Positions 1 through 10,784 of a DNA stretch of 64,000 nucleotides are shown here, in pieces. The stretch comes from an uncultured Verrucomicrobiae bacterium (GTDB lineage: Bacteria > Verrucomicrobiota > Verrucomicrobiia > Chthoniobacterales > UBA10450). The stretch's first letter is position 1; the number at the start of each line of letters is the position of its first letter. Both the position numbers and the translations under genes were made by a program. The stretch lies in assembly GCA_963850015.1 (NCBI GenBank), contig CAWKJF010000001.1, positions 456,391 to 520,390 on the forward strand, given 5' to 3'. Under the pieces are notes generated by a model. The model worked only from the letters and a program-made list of their open reading frames with translations. It ran no database searches and was not told the DNA's origin.

Positions 1-480
1 GCGAAGCATTTTCATCTGCCGGAAGATCCCGGCACACCGATCATCATGGTCGGACCGGGCACCGGCGTCGCGCCCTTTCGCGCCTTTCTCCAGGAACGGC
101 AGGCGCTCGGCGCAAAAGGAAAAAACTGGCTTTTCTTCGGCGCGCAAAAAGAGGGTTGCGACTATTCCTACAGGGAGGACTTCGATCAATTCAAGCGTGA
201 CGGCATTCTGACCCGGCTCGATTGCGCCTGGTCGCGCGATCAGGCCCATAAGATTTATGTTCAGAACCGCATGCTGGAGAATGCGGCGGAAATCTGGCGG
301 TGGCTCGATTCGGAGGGCGCGCAGTTTTTTGTTTGCGGCGATGCCCGGCGCATGGCCAAGGACGTGGACGCGGCACTGCGAACGATCGTGCAGGAACACG
401 GCGGCAAATCCGTCGGAGAAGCGAACGAGTACGTCGAGAAGCTGAAGAGCGACAAGCGCTACAAACGCGACGTTTACTAA
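1..480 (+). CDS. C-terminal FAD/NAD(P)-binding part of a sulfite reductase flavoprotein (CysJ) / NADPH-P450 reductase-like protein; the 5' end lies outside the window
   Basis: Frame 1 is open from base 1 to the stop at 478-480 (ORF track 46..480). The translation [21 protein letters not shown]...WLFFGAQ...YVQNRM...[14 protein letters not shown]...RYKRDVY carries the GPGTGxAPFR NAD(P)-binding motif and the C-terminal aromatic residue of ferredoxin-NADP-reductase-type modules. Confidence 0.8.
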   Translation, partial: AKHFHLPEDPGTPIIMVGPGTGVAPFRAFLQERQALGAKGKNWLFFGAQKEGCDYSYREDFDQFKRDGILTRLDCAWSRDQAHKIYVQNRMLENAAEIWRWLDSEGAQFFVCGDARRMAKDVDAALRTIVQEHGGKSVGEANEYVEKLKSDKRYKRDVY

Positions 481-493
481 CCGGCCACAACCG

Positions 494-1451
494 TCAAAGG
501 ACCACCGGCGCGCCTTCGGTCATCACGAGAACCTTATCCTCGATGCCATGGCTCCGGGCTGAGGCAAGCAAGCGCGTCGGCGGTTCGTCGAGCGGTTCGT
601 AGCCCAGGCGAAAACTGCCGTAATGCATCGGCACCAGAGTTTTCGCGTCCAAGTTCCAGAAACGCCTGCACCGCTTGCTCCGGATTCATGTGGACTTCGC
701 GCCCCGTCGGCGCGTCGTATCCGCCTATCGGCAACAGGGCAATATCGATGTCGTAGCGCTCGCCGATTTCCTTGAACCCATCGAAATAAGCGCTGTCGCC
801 GCAGTGAAAAATCGTGCGTCCATCCATCTTGAGAACAAATCCACCGAAGCCACGATGCAGATCGGCGAGAAATCGGGCGCCCCAGTGCGCGCAAGGCGTT
901 AAAGAAACCTCAAGCGGGCCGAGCTTCACGGTCTGCCAGTAGTCGAGCTCGTGAACGATATTGAAGCCGAGGTCGTGCACCAGGTTCCCGACACCGATCG
1001 GGACCACGATCGGTTGATCGGCCGCGACCTTGATCAGGGTCCGCCGGTCGAGATGATCGAAATGCGCATGCGTCACCAGAACAAAATCAATCGAGGGCAG
1101 GTGATGAATCTCGAAGCCAGGCTGCTTAAGCCGCTTAATCACCTTCAGCCACTTCGACCAGATCGGGTCGATCAGGACATTGACCTCGTGCGTTTGAATC
1201 AGGAAGGAAGCGTGTCCGATCCAGGTGATGCAGATTTCTCCTTTGCGGATTTTCGGGAAGCGCGGCCGGACATGATCACCCGAACGCTTGGTGAAGAGCG
1301 AGGGGATCAGGACCTCGGTGAGGAAGTTGCGTTTGTGCCAGTCGGAGCGCGGACGCAACTTGATGCGGGTCGAGCGCTTGTTCTCAGCGCCGTTCTCCGA
1401 GGATTGGCGAACGACGTTCCTCCGGCTTTTTTTCGAAAAAGGAATCGGCAC
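494..1451 (-). pseudogene. MBL-fold metallo-hydrolase (NAPE-PLD-like), frame broken once
   Basis: ORF 534..1451 contains WIGHASFLIQT...VLVTHAHFDHLD (HxHxDH zinc motif). Near 640-650 the family-typical tail continues in another frame (KTLVPMHYGSFRLGYEPLDEPPTRLLASARSHGIEDKVLVMTEGAPVVL, stop at 494-496). Confidence 0.75.
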
Positions 1452-1536
1452 TGTTGCGCAAGCATATAAGCTTGGTTCGGTGAATCAAAACCTTTCCCCG
1501 CCGTGAAGGCAGATTAGGCACCTCCCCCCCGGAACA

Positions 1537-3834
1537 GTGAAGCTCCTGAACGCATGGCCGCGACAGCCGTTCATCGGATTGGCGATGGCGGCCAGCGCCG
1601 GCATTCTGGTGGCGGACTTTGCGCCGAGCTGTTGGCCCGCGCTTGGCGTGGCGCTCGCAGTGGCCACGCTCATCGCGATCATTTTGCGGAGGTCGCTGGC
1701 GGTTTACGCGATCGTGGCCGGCGCCTTTTTCTTGCTGCACAGCCTGCGGACAACGGAGTCCGCCGGAATGAGGCTCGCCCGACAACTAGGGAACGAGCCT
1801 CAGGCGTTGACGGTGCTGGGGTCGGTCGCGAGCGAACCGAAAATGTCGGCGAAAGGATTTGCGTCCTTTTTGTTGCGGCTCGAGTCGATCGAGCAGCGAG
1901 GGGCGCATGATCGCCTCAAATGCGACGCTTCTGGTGCGGTGGCGGGGAGTGCCGGCGTTCGGAAATCAATTGCGCCTGTTCGGCGTGGCGGAGCGTATCG
2001 CGCCACCGCGTAATCCGGGAGAGTTCGACCTGCGCTCCTATTTGGCGCGACAGGACGTCTATCACGGCCTGCTCGTTCGCTACGCGGAGAATGGCCTCAT
2101 TCTCAATTCTTCCGGCGGCCACCCGATCTGGCGGGCCGCGCAGCGATCGCGGAATTGGATGCAGGGCGCGCTCTCTCGCGAGGGTTGGAAGATTCTCCGG
2201 AAATCCACGGCCTCATCAGTGGGATGGTGCTGGGCGCGCGCGATGAAACACCGGATGAAATCGAGGAACAGTTTCAGCAAACCGGCACGCTTCATCTCTT
2301 TGCCGTTTCGGGATTGAACGTGGCCATCGTGGCCCAGCTGCTTTGGATCATCGCAAGCGCCGCCCGCGTTCCCAGACGATGGGCTATCGCGCTGATCATC
2401 CCGGCCCTTTTCTTCTACGCCGCGATCACCGGGCTCAATACCTCGAGCGTTCGGGCCGCGCTCATGGGCGCCATTTTGCTCGGCGGCTTTTTTGTGGAGC
2501 GCCAGGTTCTGCCGGTCAACAGCGTGGCGGCCGCCGCGTTTCTGATTCTTTGTTACGATACCAATCAGCTTTTCTCAACGGGATTCCAACTCTCCTTCGC
2601 AGTCGTTCTGGCCATTATCCTCCTGGCCGAGCCGCTCTACCGTTTTCTTATCCGGTGGTGGGAACCCGATCCCTTTCTCCCTCGAGGTTTGCTCGGTGGT
2701 GTTCCGAAACTGGCGGACCGCGCTTGGCATGCAGTCGCGCGCGGAATCTCTGTTTCGCTCGCCGCCTGGATTGGATCGACCCCGCTGATCCTGCCTTATT
2801 TCCATTTGGTCACGCCCGTTTCACTGCTGGCGAATCTGGTGGTGGTGCCGATCGCGTTTTTTGTCCTGGCGGTCGGTCTGTTGTCGCTGCTCGTGGCGCC
2901 GTTCGCTCCGGCGCTCACGATTATCTTCAACAACGCGAACTGGAGCCTGGCCCGGGTCATCCTTGGGTCGGTGCAATTGTTCGCACGCGTTCCGGCCGGC
3001 CACATTTATCTCGAACGGCCGCATTGGCCCGATCGGGTTCAGGCCGAGATCACAGCGCTGGATCTAAATGAAGGCGCGGCCGTGCATATCCGCACCTCGG
3101 GATCGGACTGGCTCTTCGACCCGGGTGGCGAGCGGGATTTCAAGCGCGTCATGCGCGGCTATCTCCGATCGCGGGGAATCAATCGCCTTGATGGTCTATT
3201 GCTGACGCACGGAGATGCCACTCACATCGGAGGTGCGGGCGCAGTCCTGGACGCATTCCAGCCGCGGCAGTTGGTTGATTCTCCTTCGCCAGACCGTTCG
3301 ATCGTTCATCGTCGACTCATCGCTCTCTGCGCGGAACGCTCCATCCCGCGAACGCTCGTTGAGGCCGGAGATGAATTTCGTCTCTCGGCCGACGTAACTG
3401 CCCGCATCCTTTTCCCTCTCCCCGATTCTCGCGCCCGGATGGCTGACGATCAGGCGTTGGTGGTGCAACTAATCTTGCCCGGGAACACACGCGTGCTTCT
3501 CACATCGGATAGCGGCCAGGCGACGGAAAAGAGCCTCCTCGCGCGGCAGGCCGACCTGCGGAGCGATCTGCTCATCAAAGGCCAGCATCACTCCGGCGTA
3601 TCCGGCTCACCGGAGTTTCTCGCCGCCGTCCGGCCGCAAGCGATCATCGCCACGGCGCGCGAATCCACGGAGAATCAGCGCATCAAAGAAGATTGGGCGG
3701 AAATGGTAAAGGGCCGCGGGATAAAACTTCTGCGGCAGGACAAAACTGGAGCGGTGCGCGTCCGCTTCTTCAACGATCACTGGGAGGCGACTTCGTTCCT
3801 CGAGGGCGAAACTTTCCGGAGCACAAGCCGGTGA
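1537..3834 (+). pseudogene. comEC: DNA internalization competence protein ComEC/Rec2, two frame breaks
   Basis: ORFs 1537..2013, 1859..2317 and 2155..3834 lie in three frames and read through as one protein. It has an N-terminal TM region, then LVRWRGVPAFGNQLRLFGVAERIAPPRNPGEFDLRSYLARQDVYHGL. The competence domain follows (GMVLGARDETPDEIEEQFQQTGTLHLFAVSGLNV), then many TM helices and a C-terminal MBL domain (LLLTHGDATHIGGAGAVL). The breaks are near 1900 and 2175. Confidence 0.85.
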
Positions 3835-4417
3835 ATCGCGAGATCGCGTTGCCGGAATCGCTTCTCAAAGGTGCTAATCGCCGGCCCCACTTCCGTATCC
3901 GTGGTCATGGCAAAGCGGGCGGATTGCGCAACCAGGCGCTCGATTTCCTGGAAATAATCCATTTGATCGGTCGCGATCCGGACGCTGCCTTGCGGAACGA
4001 GCGCTCGATGAATTGCCGCGAGAAAATCGTTTGTCACGACACGCCGGCGCCAATGCCGCCGCTTCGGCCAGGGATCGGGAAAGAGGAGATGGAACACATT
4101 CACCGAAGCCGGCGGCAAGAGATGCTGCACGGCATAGAAACTTTCCACTCGCAAAACACGAGCGTTTGTCACCCCGCTGCGCCCGATGCTTGCGGCACGC
4201 CCGACCCACCCTGCCCGCGAGCCGTTCGATCCCGAGAAAGTCGTGCTCCGGATTCGAAATCGGCGCTGGCGACGAGAAATGATCCATCACCGCAGCCAAG
4301 ATCAACCTCCAACGGGGCCTGTCGTCCATAAATCGCCGGAAGATCGAGCGGCGCGAAGTAATCATCGGGAAGGATCTCGTTTTCCCAGGTCGAGACAGCT
4401 TCTGCGGATTTTAGCAT
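3777..4417 (-). pseudogene. trmB: tRNA (guanine-N7)-methyltransferase TrmB, two frame breaks
   Basis: Three pieces join: 4169..4417, a middle frame inside ORF 3874..4365, and 3777..4172. Together they read LEVDLGCGDGSFLVASA / NPEHDFLGIERLAGRV / VFHLLFPDPWPKRRHWRRRVV...TDQMDYF, giving the SAM-binding GxGxG motif and the FPDPWPK(K/R)RH signature. The breaks are near 4260 and 4175. Confidence 0.8.
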
Positions 4418-4497
4418 CTTAATTCGCCGATCGAGCGGATCACTCTTATCTTACCCAATCTTGGTCCGATGCGAACCAGCAGACCAGGGGCAATCTC

Positions 4498-5126
4498 ATG
4501 AATCCGATAACAAGACAATTCTCAACTTTGATTCTCGCGCTTGCCGTCTTTGGGATGGCAACCCCGGGCCGCGCCGCTGAGCCGGCGCCATCCGCGACCA
4601 AGACCGCCATTTTCGCCGGCGGATGTTTTTGGTGCATGCAGCCGCCCTACGATCAAGCGAAAGGCGTCGTCAAAACGGTCGTCGGCTACACCGGCGGAAG
4701 TGAAGCCGACGCGACTTATGAGAAAGTCTCGGCTCATCAAACAAAGCATCGCGAGGCAATTCAAGTGACTTACGACCCGGCGCAAATTTCTTACGATCAA
4801 TTGCTCGATATTTTCTGGCGGCAAATCAATCCGACTCAAGCGGACGGGCAATTTCACGACATTGGTTTGAGCTATCAGGCGGCCGTTTATTACGGCAACG
4901 AAGAGGAGAAAAAGGCGGCGGAAGCTTCCAAGGAGAAGTTGGGCAAATCGGGCAGGTTTCAGAAACCGATCGTCACGGAAATCCTGCCGGCGATGAATTT
5001 TTATCCGGCGGAAGATTACCACCAAAAATACTACCTCAAGAACCGGCGGATTTTGAAGCGTACCACGTCGGCTCGGGACGCGTCAGTTTTCTCGAGAAAA
5101 TATGGGGCGGGACGCCTAAGAAATAG
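4498..5126 (+). pseudogene. msrA: Peptide-methionine (S)-S-oxide reductase MsrA with signal peptide, one frame break near the 3' end
   Basis: The GGCFWCMQPPYD active-site motif, VTYDP and YHQKYYLKN are present. At 5041-5046 (aaccgg, apparently one C short) the conserved tail PADFEAYHVGSGRVSFLEKIWGGTPKK continues in the next frame to the TAG at 5124-5126. The ORF track's 4498..5253 tail is out of frame. Confidence 0.9.
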
Positions 5127-5150
5127 CGCCGCCTCTCCGGAGCCCAGGCC

Positions 5151-5699
5151 CTATAGACCGAAGTCAGCTTCGGGCCTTACGGCTTTGCGACAGGCGCGAA
5201 TTGGGCAACGAGCGGCCAGCGGCGCAGCGGGGCCTTCTGCTCGAGCGAACTGAAGGAATACAGTTCGGCTTCCTTTGAATTGATGAACTCCGCCTGGCTC
5301 ACGGCCAGCGGCTCGTTCAAGATATTTCGAAAGCTCCTGCGCAAGGACAATGGCGATCGAGCGCGGGTCGCGGGTGTAGACTGGGATCGGGAATCCGCCT
5401 GAGTTGCGATCGTAGCCATAGATGGTGCCTTCCGTTTCCCAGACGCAGTAGGCGTGTCCGGCTGGATGGTTATCAAACCGAACAAGAAGGATTTTGGCCC
5501 AGAAATTCCGATCGAGCGTATGTTGCGCCTTTACGACGGCGAGATAGTTGCACGCAGAAACAACGCACCCATTGAGGACGACCAGATCATCTTCTCCGGG
5601 GGTGAGAACGACTCGTTGAGGTTGACACCCGGTGAAAGCGCAAATCATGAAAGCCGCGCAGAAAATGGAAGTGATTTTGCGAAATAAGTGTTTTTTCAT
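5151..5699 (-). CDS. Lipoprotein, function unknown (loosely transglutaminase-fold-like)
   Basis: The N-terminus MKKHLFRKITSIFCAAFMICAFTGC has a lipobox. The core HPAGHAYCVWETEGTIYGYD only loosely recalls Cys/His/Asp peptidase folds. The last ~60 aa may be out of frame, since a more protein-like alternative tail lies in ORF 5177..5485. Confidence 0.45.
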   Translation of the reverse strand: MKKHLFRKITSIFCAAFMICAFTGCQPQRVVLTPGEDDLVVLNGCVVSACNYLAVVKAQHTLDRNFWAKILLVRFDNHPAGHAYCVWETEGTIYGYDRNSGGFPIPVYTRDPRSIAIVLAQELSKYLERAAGREPGGVHQFKGSRTVFLQFARAEGPAAPLAARCPIRACRKAVRPEADFGL

Positions 5700-5933
5700 G
5701 AATGGCCGAGGCGTCAGTGAATCGTTACCAGAAAATATGGCTATTGGTGTTTTTATAGCACCATTCTTGCTTTATAGGGAAGCTTTATCTCGATAATTCC
5801 CACGATTCGCCACTAGCGCGAGCAAATTAACGGACAAGAGAGCATGCATGGCTGTCGCCATCTCTCTTGCACCAGCCGAGCGCCTGGATCCCTCCTCGTT
5901 TACCGGACTCGAAGGTATTTGCGCTTGCTGCCG

Positions 5934-6264
5934 TCAGCCGCTTGGATGATGAAAAAGTCCCGCTGCAACGCTCAGAAGCTTGTCCCGGTCAGTCGCGCCC
6001 GCGGGTATTTTGTCGAGCGTATCGCTGATGTAGTTGTAGAGCAGCGTGTCGCCCTCAACCGACCAACGGCCGGTAAACTTCGATACTGTTTTCCCGTGGT
6101 AAACCACATCGCCGGCGAAAGTGCCGTTTCGATTGAAAATATAATGGCAGCCTTTGATCTCGTCGGCATAACGCCACTCCCCCACGAGGCTGCTCGCAGC
6201 GTGCGACTGCAAACCGGCACATGACGCCAGCGAAACATAGGGTGAGCGCAAGAACGGTTTTCAT
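5934..6264 (-). CDS. Small secreted protein, function unknown
   Basis: ORF 5934..6251 has a TTG start. An out-of-frame ATG at 6264, 13 nt upstream, encodes the signal-like MKTVLALTLCFAG. The mature part GEWRYADEIKGCHYIFNRNGTFAGDVVYHGKTVSKFTGRWSVEGDTLLYNY looks like a small beta-rich domain. I do not recognise a family, and the start is uncertain. Confidence 0.4.
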
Positions 6265-6490
6265 TCGCGAGAAATCGTGAACACGATCAACCGCCGACTC
6301 GGCAAGCGCAATCGCGAGAGCCGTGTGGTCTCTCCGGTCACCAGGATCATGATGTAGCCGGGTTCCCGCAGCCCTAATTTCTGATGGCGGCAAACTGAGA
6401 GCCTCCAGGCGAGGCTCGGAGCCAGAAAAAGTTCGAGAGCGGTCCCGATACGGGAACCGCTCTCGAAAGAAATCGAGCTGCGGGGAGGGG

Positions 6491-7038
6491 TTAGTTTTGA
6501 GCGACGAGCGTTGAAGCGGCGCGGAATTTCTTCGCCCCAGCGTAGGCGTAAAGGGGTTGATAATTTCTCTTACCCACTTTTCCCGACGTGCACGCAGTCC
6601 AGTTGAAAGTCGGATCGAGAACATAACTGCCGCCCTGGGTATCCCACGCCAGCCAGGCATGCGTCTGCCGGCTGCTTGAGGTGCGCTTGCCGATGACGAG
6701 CCGAACGTTCGTCGCGCCATTCGCCTGCATCTTCTCGTAAAGAGCGACTGCCTTGGCTTTGCAATCCGCCGGCGCGCCCGACTGGGCCTCGGCGGGGGTT
6801 TTCCACACCATGGTAAACCCGTAGGGAATCGAGCGCAGGTCACCCATCCACTTGATTCACGAGATTCATGGAGACACCCTCGGCTTGAAGCGCGACCTGC
6901 TGACGCCGTTAAGACCGGCCGGATCCGGGCCATTTGAGCGTCGTAAGGGGTCGTGTTGACGGTGAACAGAAGGGCATCGGCAAAGGATGAGGATGCGGCG
7001 ACTGCGAGGAGAGCGGCTGTTAGGAGAGTTTTTTTCAT
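6491..7038 (-). pseudogene. Secreted bacterial transglutaminase-like cysteine peptidase (BTLCP-like), at least two frame breaks
   Basis: The ATG at 7038 gives the signal peptide MKKTLLTAALLAVAASSSFA. A third-frame piece reads EGVSMNLVNQVDG. ORF 6491..6847 reads DLRSIPYGFTMVWKTPAEAQSGAPADCKAKAVALYEKM...THAWLAWDTQGGSYVLDPTFNW, which has the Cys...His...Asp order and the N-terminal VN..Y..D..W.tP.E pattern of BTLCPs. Confidence 0.6.
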
Positions 7039-7378
7039 GGCGTGTATACTTTCTATACTGACTATAATTACTATAGCAGCAGCCATGCCACGCCGTCACC
7101 GCAAGCACCTATAAACTAAATACCTCTGAACGAACCGTTTAGGATTTAGAATTTACCCGCTTTGGCGAGCTTGAGAGGTTCGACCTGCGATATGCCTGCA
7201 GCCGTGAGGCGGAGATTGATAAACTGACGCTTCGCACGCCTCAATAAGATCCAGACGAGGTGACTCCAAACGAGATGATAAGCGAAGGAGGAGTCCCTAT
7301 GTAAGGTCTTGAATCGGGCTCACGTCATCCCCGTCGCACGTGCCCGAAAGCGCCGATTTCCGCAGGAATCCGCGAAAA

Positions 7379-7736
7379 GGTGGAGGCGAGGGGAGTTGAA
7401 CCCCTGTCCTCGAAGCTGTCCACGCAAGCTTCTACATGTTTATCCGGTGGTAAGTTTTAAGGGGCCAAACGTTGCACCGGCACACTGCCGGCCCCCGAGC
7501 GTCCACGAAATTCCTTCACCGCCCGGCGCGGTCACTCCGCCGGACGATTAGCCTGCTGTCCATGTTTCCGGCCGTAGCAGGCGTCCAACCGGAAACATCG
7601 CGGTCAATTAAGCCGCGAGAGCGAGATCTTGGTGATCTGCGTTTATTTTTTTTGGTCCGGATTTTAACGAGGCCAACGAACCATCCTCGACATGCCGCCT
7701 GCGCTTCAAACTACGAGTCGAAGCCAGTACGCCCCC
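7379..7736 (-). ncRNA. ssrA: tmRNA (SsrA), about 358 nt
   Basis: On the minus strand the 5' end GGGGGCG (7736 downward) pairs with the 3' end CGCCTCC-A-CC (ending at 7379), including the G3:U70 alanine identity pair. The T-arm reads GGGGTTCAACTCCCC. The 5' region (CUGGCUUCGAC...GCAUGUCGAGG...GGUUGGCCUCGUUAAAA...AAAAAAAAUAAAC) is collinear with E. coli tmRNA. The tag reading frame GCA GAU CAC CAA GAU CUC GCU CUC GCG GCU UAA (7640 to 7608) encodes ADHQDLALAA. Confidence 0.95.
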
Positions 7737-7862
7737 GTTTTTCTGGAGAACAAATCATAACGTCACGAGAGCCCGGATGCAACCTCGTCGAGTCGCGCTT
7801 CGCCAAGCCCGCGTGCGAAAAATCGCTTGCGGAGAGCAAGGGCCTGCCGCACGACTTCCTCC

Positions 7863-8695
7863 ATGCCGGAGCTGAAAGATTTCGCCAGCTCTGTCGCGAT
7901 GGTTGTTTCGAGTTGCGACGCGTTCTTCGATGCCTGGCGGCCGTTCGCTTTCTTCTTCCGCAAGCATTGGAGCGATTGTCCCTTCCCGGTATTCCTAATC
8001 GTTAATCGCCTGCGAGTCCGCTCGAAGCTTCCTCCAGCCGATCACGGTGGGACCGGACCGGGACTGGGCGGCAAATATGGAGGTCGCGCTGAAGCAGGTC
8101 ACGCAGCCCTATGTCTTATACCTGCAGGAAGATTACTTCCTGAATGGTCCGGTGAACCGGGAGCAGTTGGCCGCGGATTTCTCGTTCGCCTTCGACCGCG
8201 ACGCCGCTTCTTTTTGCTTCTACGGCCGATCACAACTCGAGCCCGATTTCGTGCCGTTAAACGATCGCTTCGGGATTGTCCCCAGAGAATCCGACGGACG
8301 CACCCGGCTCCAGGCGACGCTGTGGAAAAAGGAGGTCCTCCAATCCGCGCTGCGGCCGGGCGAATCGGCCTGGAACATGGAGGCGCGCGCGAGCGAAAGA
8401 ACACGCGACCTCCTTACCCTCTCTTACATGGGACGCGACAACGTCCCGATTCCCGTACTTAATGTCCGCGATTTCACGCCGGCTCTGGACACCCGAGGCG
8501 ACTTGCGCTTTGCCGGAAAGAGCATGTTCGCATCCGTCCGCATTTTCGACTCGAGCACAGCGATGTCGCCTGGCGCCGGCGGTGGCGGCGGGGTCTGGGT
8601 CGGGTTCGTCTTGCCCTGGCGCTCGCGCGCCAACGCAACCGCGAGATCGATCTCGATGCTCCTTCCGATTGACCCTGGGAAACGGTCGATCCTAA
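7863..8695 (+). pseudogene. Hypothetical protein (possibly glycosyltransferase-like), three or more frame breaks
   Basis: Pieces of ORFs 7827..8462, 8047..8949 and 8276..8695 join into MPELKDFASSVAMVVSSCDAFFDAWRPFAFFFRKHWSDCPFPVFLI / VGPDRDWAANMEVALKQVTQPYVLYLQEDYFLNGPV...ATLWKKEVL...ESAWNMEA... The C-terminus switches frames again after about 8450 (stops at 8672 or 8695). The family assignment is weak. Confidence 0.35.
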
Positions 8696-8744
8696 GTGCG
8701 CAGAACCGGAGACGAGATAAACTGCGATATACTTACGCCTGTCG

Positions 8745-10764
8745 ATGGAACCTGAAACACACGCAAACGTCCCCGGCGGCGACCCCGAAGCGTGGCTGGC
8801 CGGGCTCAATCGCGCGATTCTCGACTCGGCGCTCGACTGCATTATCACGATGGATGCGAGCGGCCAAGTCCTGGAATTCAACCCGGCGGCCGAACGTGTT
8901 TTTGGCTACACTCGCGAGCAAGCAGTCGGGCAGGAACTGGCGAAGCTAATCATTCCAGCCTCGTTGCGGGAGCGCCATCGGCAGGGTCTGAAACATTATC
9001 TGAAAACAGGCGAAGGCCCGGTTCTCGGACGTCGCATCGAGGTCAATGCGCTGCGCGCCGATGGCTCGGAAATTCTCGTCGAGCTGGCGATCACTCCCTT
9101 CCGCATCCGCGATGAATCAATTTTCACAGCCTATCTGCGCGACATCACCGATCGCAAGCGAGGTGAGGAAGCGAGCCGGCGGCTGGCCGCCATCATTGAA
9201 TCTTCCGGGGACGCGATCATCAGCAAAGACCTCGACGGAAAAATCACGAGCTGGAATGCCGGGGCCGAACGTCTCTTCGGCTACAAGCCAGAGGAAATTA
9301 TTGGGAAACCGGTCACGACTCTGATCCCGGCGGGTCGGCGCGACGAAGAGCTGGGCATTATCGAACGCATCCGGCGGGGAGAGCCCATCGAGCACTACGA
9401 AACTGTCCGCCAGCGCAAAGACGGAACGCTCTTCGACATATCGCTCACTGTTTCCCCGATCAAAGACGAAGACGGACGTGTCGTCGGCGCTTCAAAAATT
9501 GCGCGCGATATTAGCGATCGGGTGCAATATGAAAAACGCCGGGCCGCCCAATATTCGGTCGCGAGCATTCTCGCCGGATCCCTTTCGCTCGCCGACGTCG
9601 GGCCACCCATTATCCAAACCATCGCGGCCACTGGGAGCTGGATCGCCGGTTCCATCTGGCTCTGCGAAGATGATTGCACAACTTTGCGCTGCGCTACGAC
9701 ATGGCATGCTGGCGGATCGCGCTTGGAGAAATTTGAGCAAGTCACCCTCACCACTCCCCTGGCAAACGCAGTCGGGTTGCCGGGGCGGGTCATTTCCTCG
9801 GCGAAACCGGTCTGGATCAGCGACGTCACCCGAGACGATAATTTCCCTCGCTCGACGGCCGCAGCGGAAGCGGGCTTGCGCGGCGCCTTCGCCTTCCCCT
9901 TGCCGGCGCAGGGAAAGGTTACAGGTGTTCTCGAGCTTTTCAGCGTGGGGATCGCGCAACCTGACGGTGACTTGATTCAGATGGTGGAAGCCCTCGGCAG
10001 TCAGATCGGCCTTTTCATCCACCGCCAGCAGATCGAGGCGGAATTGCAGCGACAAAAAGAGGCGGCCGAGTCAGCCAATGCGGCGAAAGATCGTTTTCTG
10101 GCGACGCTCAGTCACGAGCTACGCACGCCACTTACGCCGGTCTTGATCTGGGCGGGCGGCATGGCAAAGGAGCCTGGTCTCCCGCCCGAGATCCAGGAGG
10201 GTTTGCAGATGGTTTGCCGCAACGTCGAGCTGGAAGCGCGTTTGATCGACGATCTGCTCGATCTGACCCGGATCACGCGCGGCAAGCTCCAATTGCAACT
10301 GCTCCGGTCCGACGTGCATGATTTGCTCCGGCATGCGATGGACATCGTGCGCGAGGAAATCGCGTCGCGGCAACTCAATCTCACCGTCGAACTCAACGCC
10401 AGCCATCATCATGTCCTGGCGGATTTCTCCCGGTTGCAGCAGGTCTTTTGGAATCTGTTACAGAACGCTTCCAAATTTACCCCCGAGGGCGGAAGCGATC
10501 ACGATCCGGACGTCAAACCCCAGACCTGGGACATTGATGATTGAAATTATCGACACCGGCATCGGGATCGCCCCGGAAAGCCTGAGCACGATTTTTGACG
10601 CCTTCGTGCAGGTTGGAATACGGCGGGAAGGCCTCGGCTTGGGCTTGGCGATCAGCAAGGCGATCGTGGAAATGCATCAAGGGGCCATCCGCGCCTTCAG
10701 CGAAGGTCCGGGCAAAGGCGCCCGGTTCGTAATCGACCTGAAGATGGTGTCAGACGCGGCCTAA
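8745..10764 (+). pseudogene. PAS-PAS-GAF sensor histidine kinase, one frame break in the ATPase domain
   Basis: Two PAS modules are present (ILDSALDCIITMDASGQVLEFNPAAERVFGY; IIESSGDAIISKDLDGKITSWNAGAERLFGY). A GAF-like region follows, then HisKA (RFLATLSHELRTPLTP) and the N-box LLQNASKFTPEGGS. Near 10495 the frame shifts to ITIRTSNPRPGTLMIEIIDTGIGI...GLGLGLAISKAIVEMHQG (ORF 10318..10764). Confidence 0.85.
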
Positions 10765-10784
10765 CGAATTGCAGGCGAAAGAGC

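Noticed and set aside
6055-7086. 343-aa minus-strand ORF spanning the small-secreted-protein genes
   Set aside because: It is Arg/Ala/Pro-rich with no domain signal. It runs through two better-supported genes in other frames (5934..6264 and 6491..7038). It is the typical long shadow ORF of GC-rich DNA, extended further because it merges out-of-frame pieces of real genes.
7100-7378. Integrase remnant or att site of a genomic island next to the tmRNA 3' end
   Set aside because: There is no integrase-like ORF in any frame, only short uninformative peptides. I could not find a direct repeat of the ssrA 3' end by eye. It is kept only as a low-confidence hypothesis in the findings.
7309-8005. ORFs 7309..7551 and 7472..8005 from the ORF track
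   Set aside because: They overlap the tmRNA gene (7379-7736, opposite strand), which explains the region completely.
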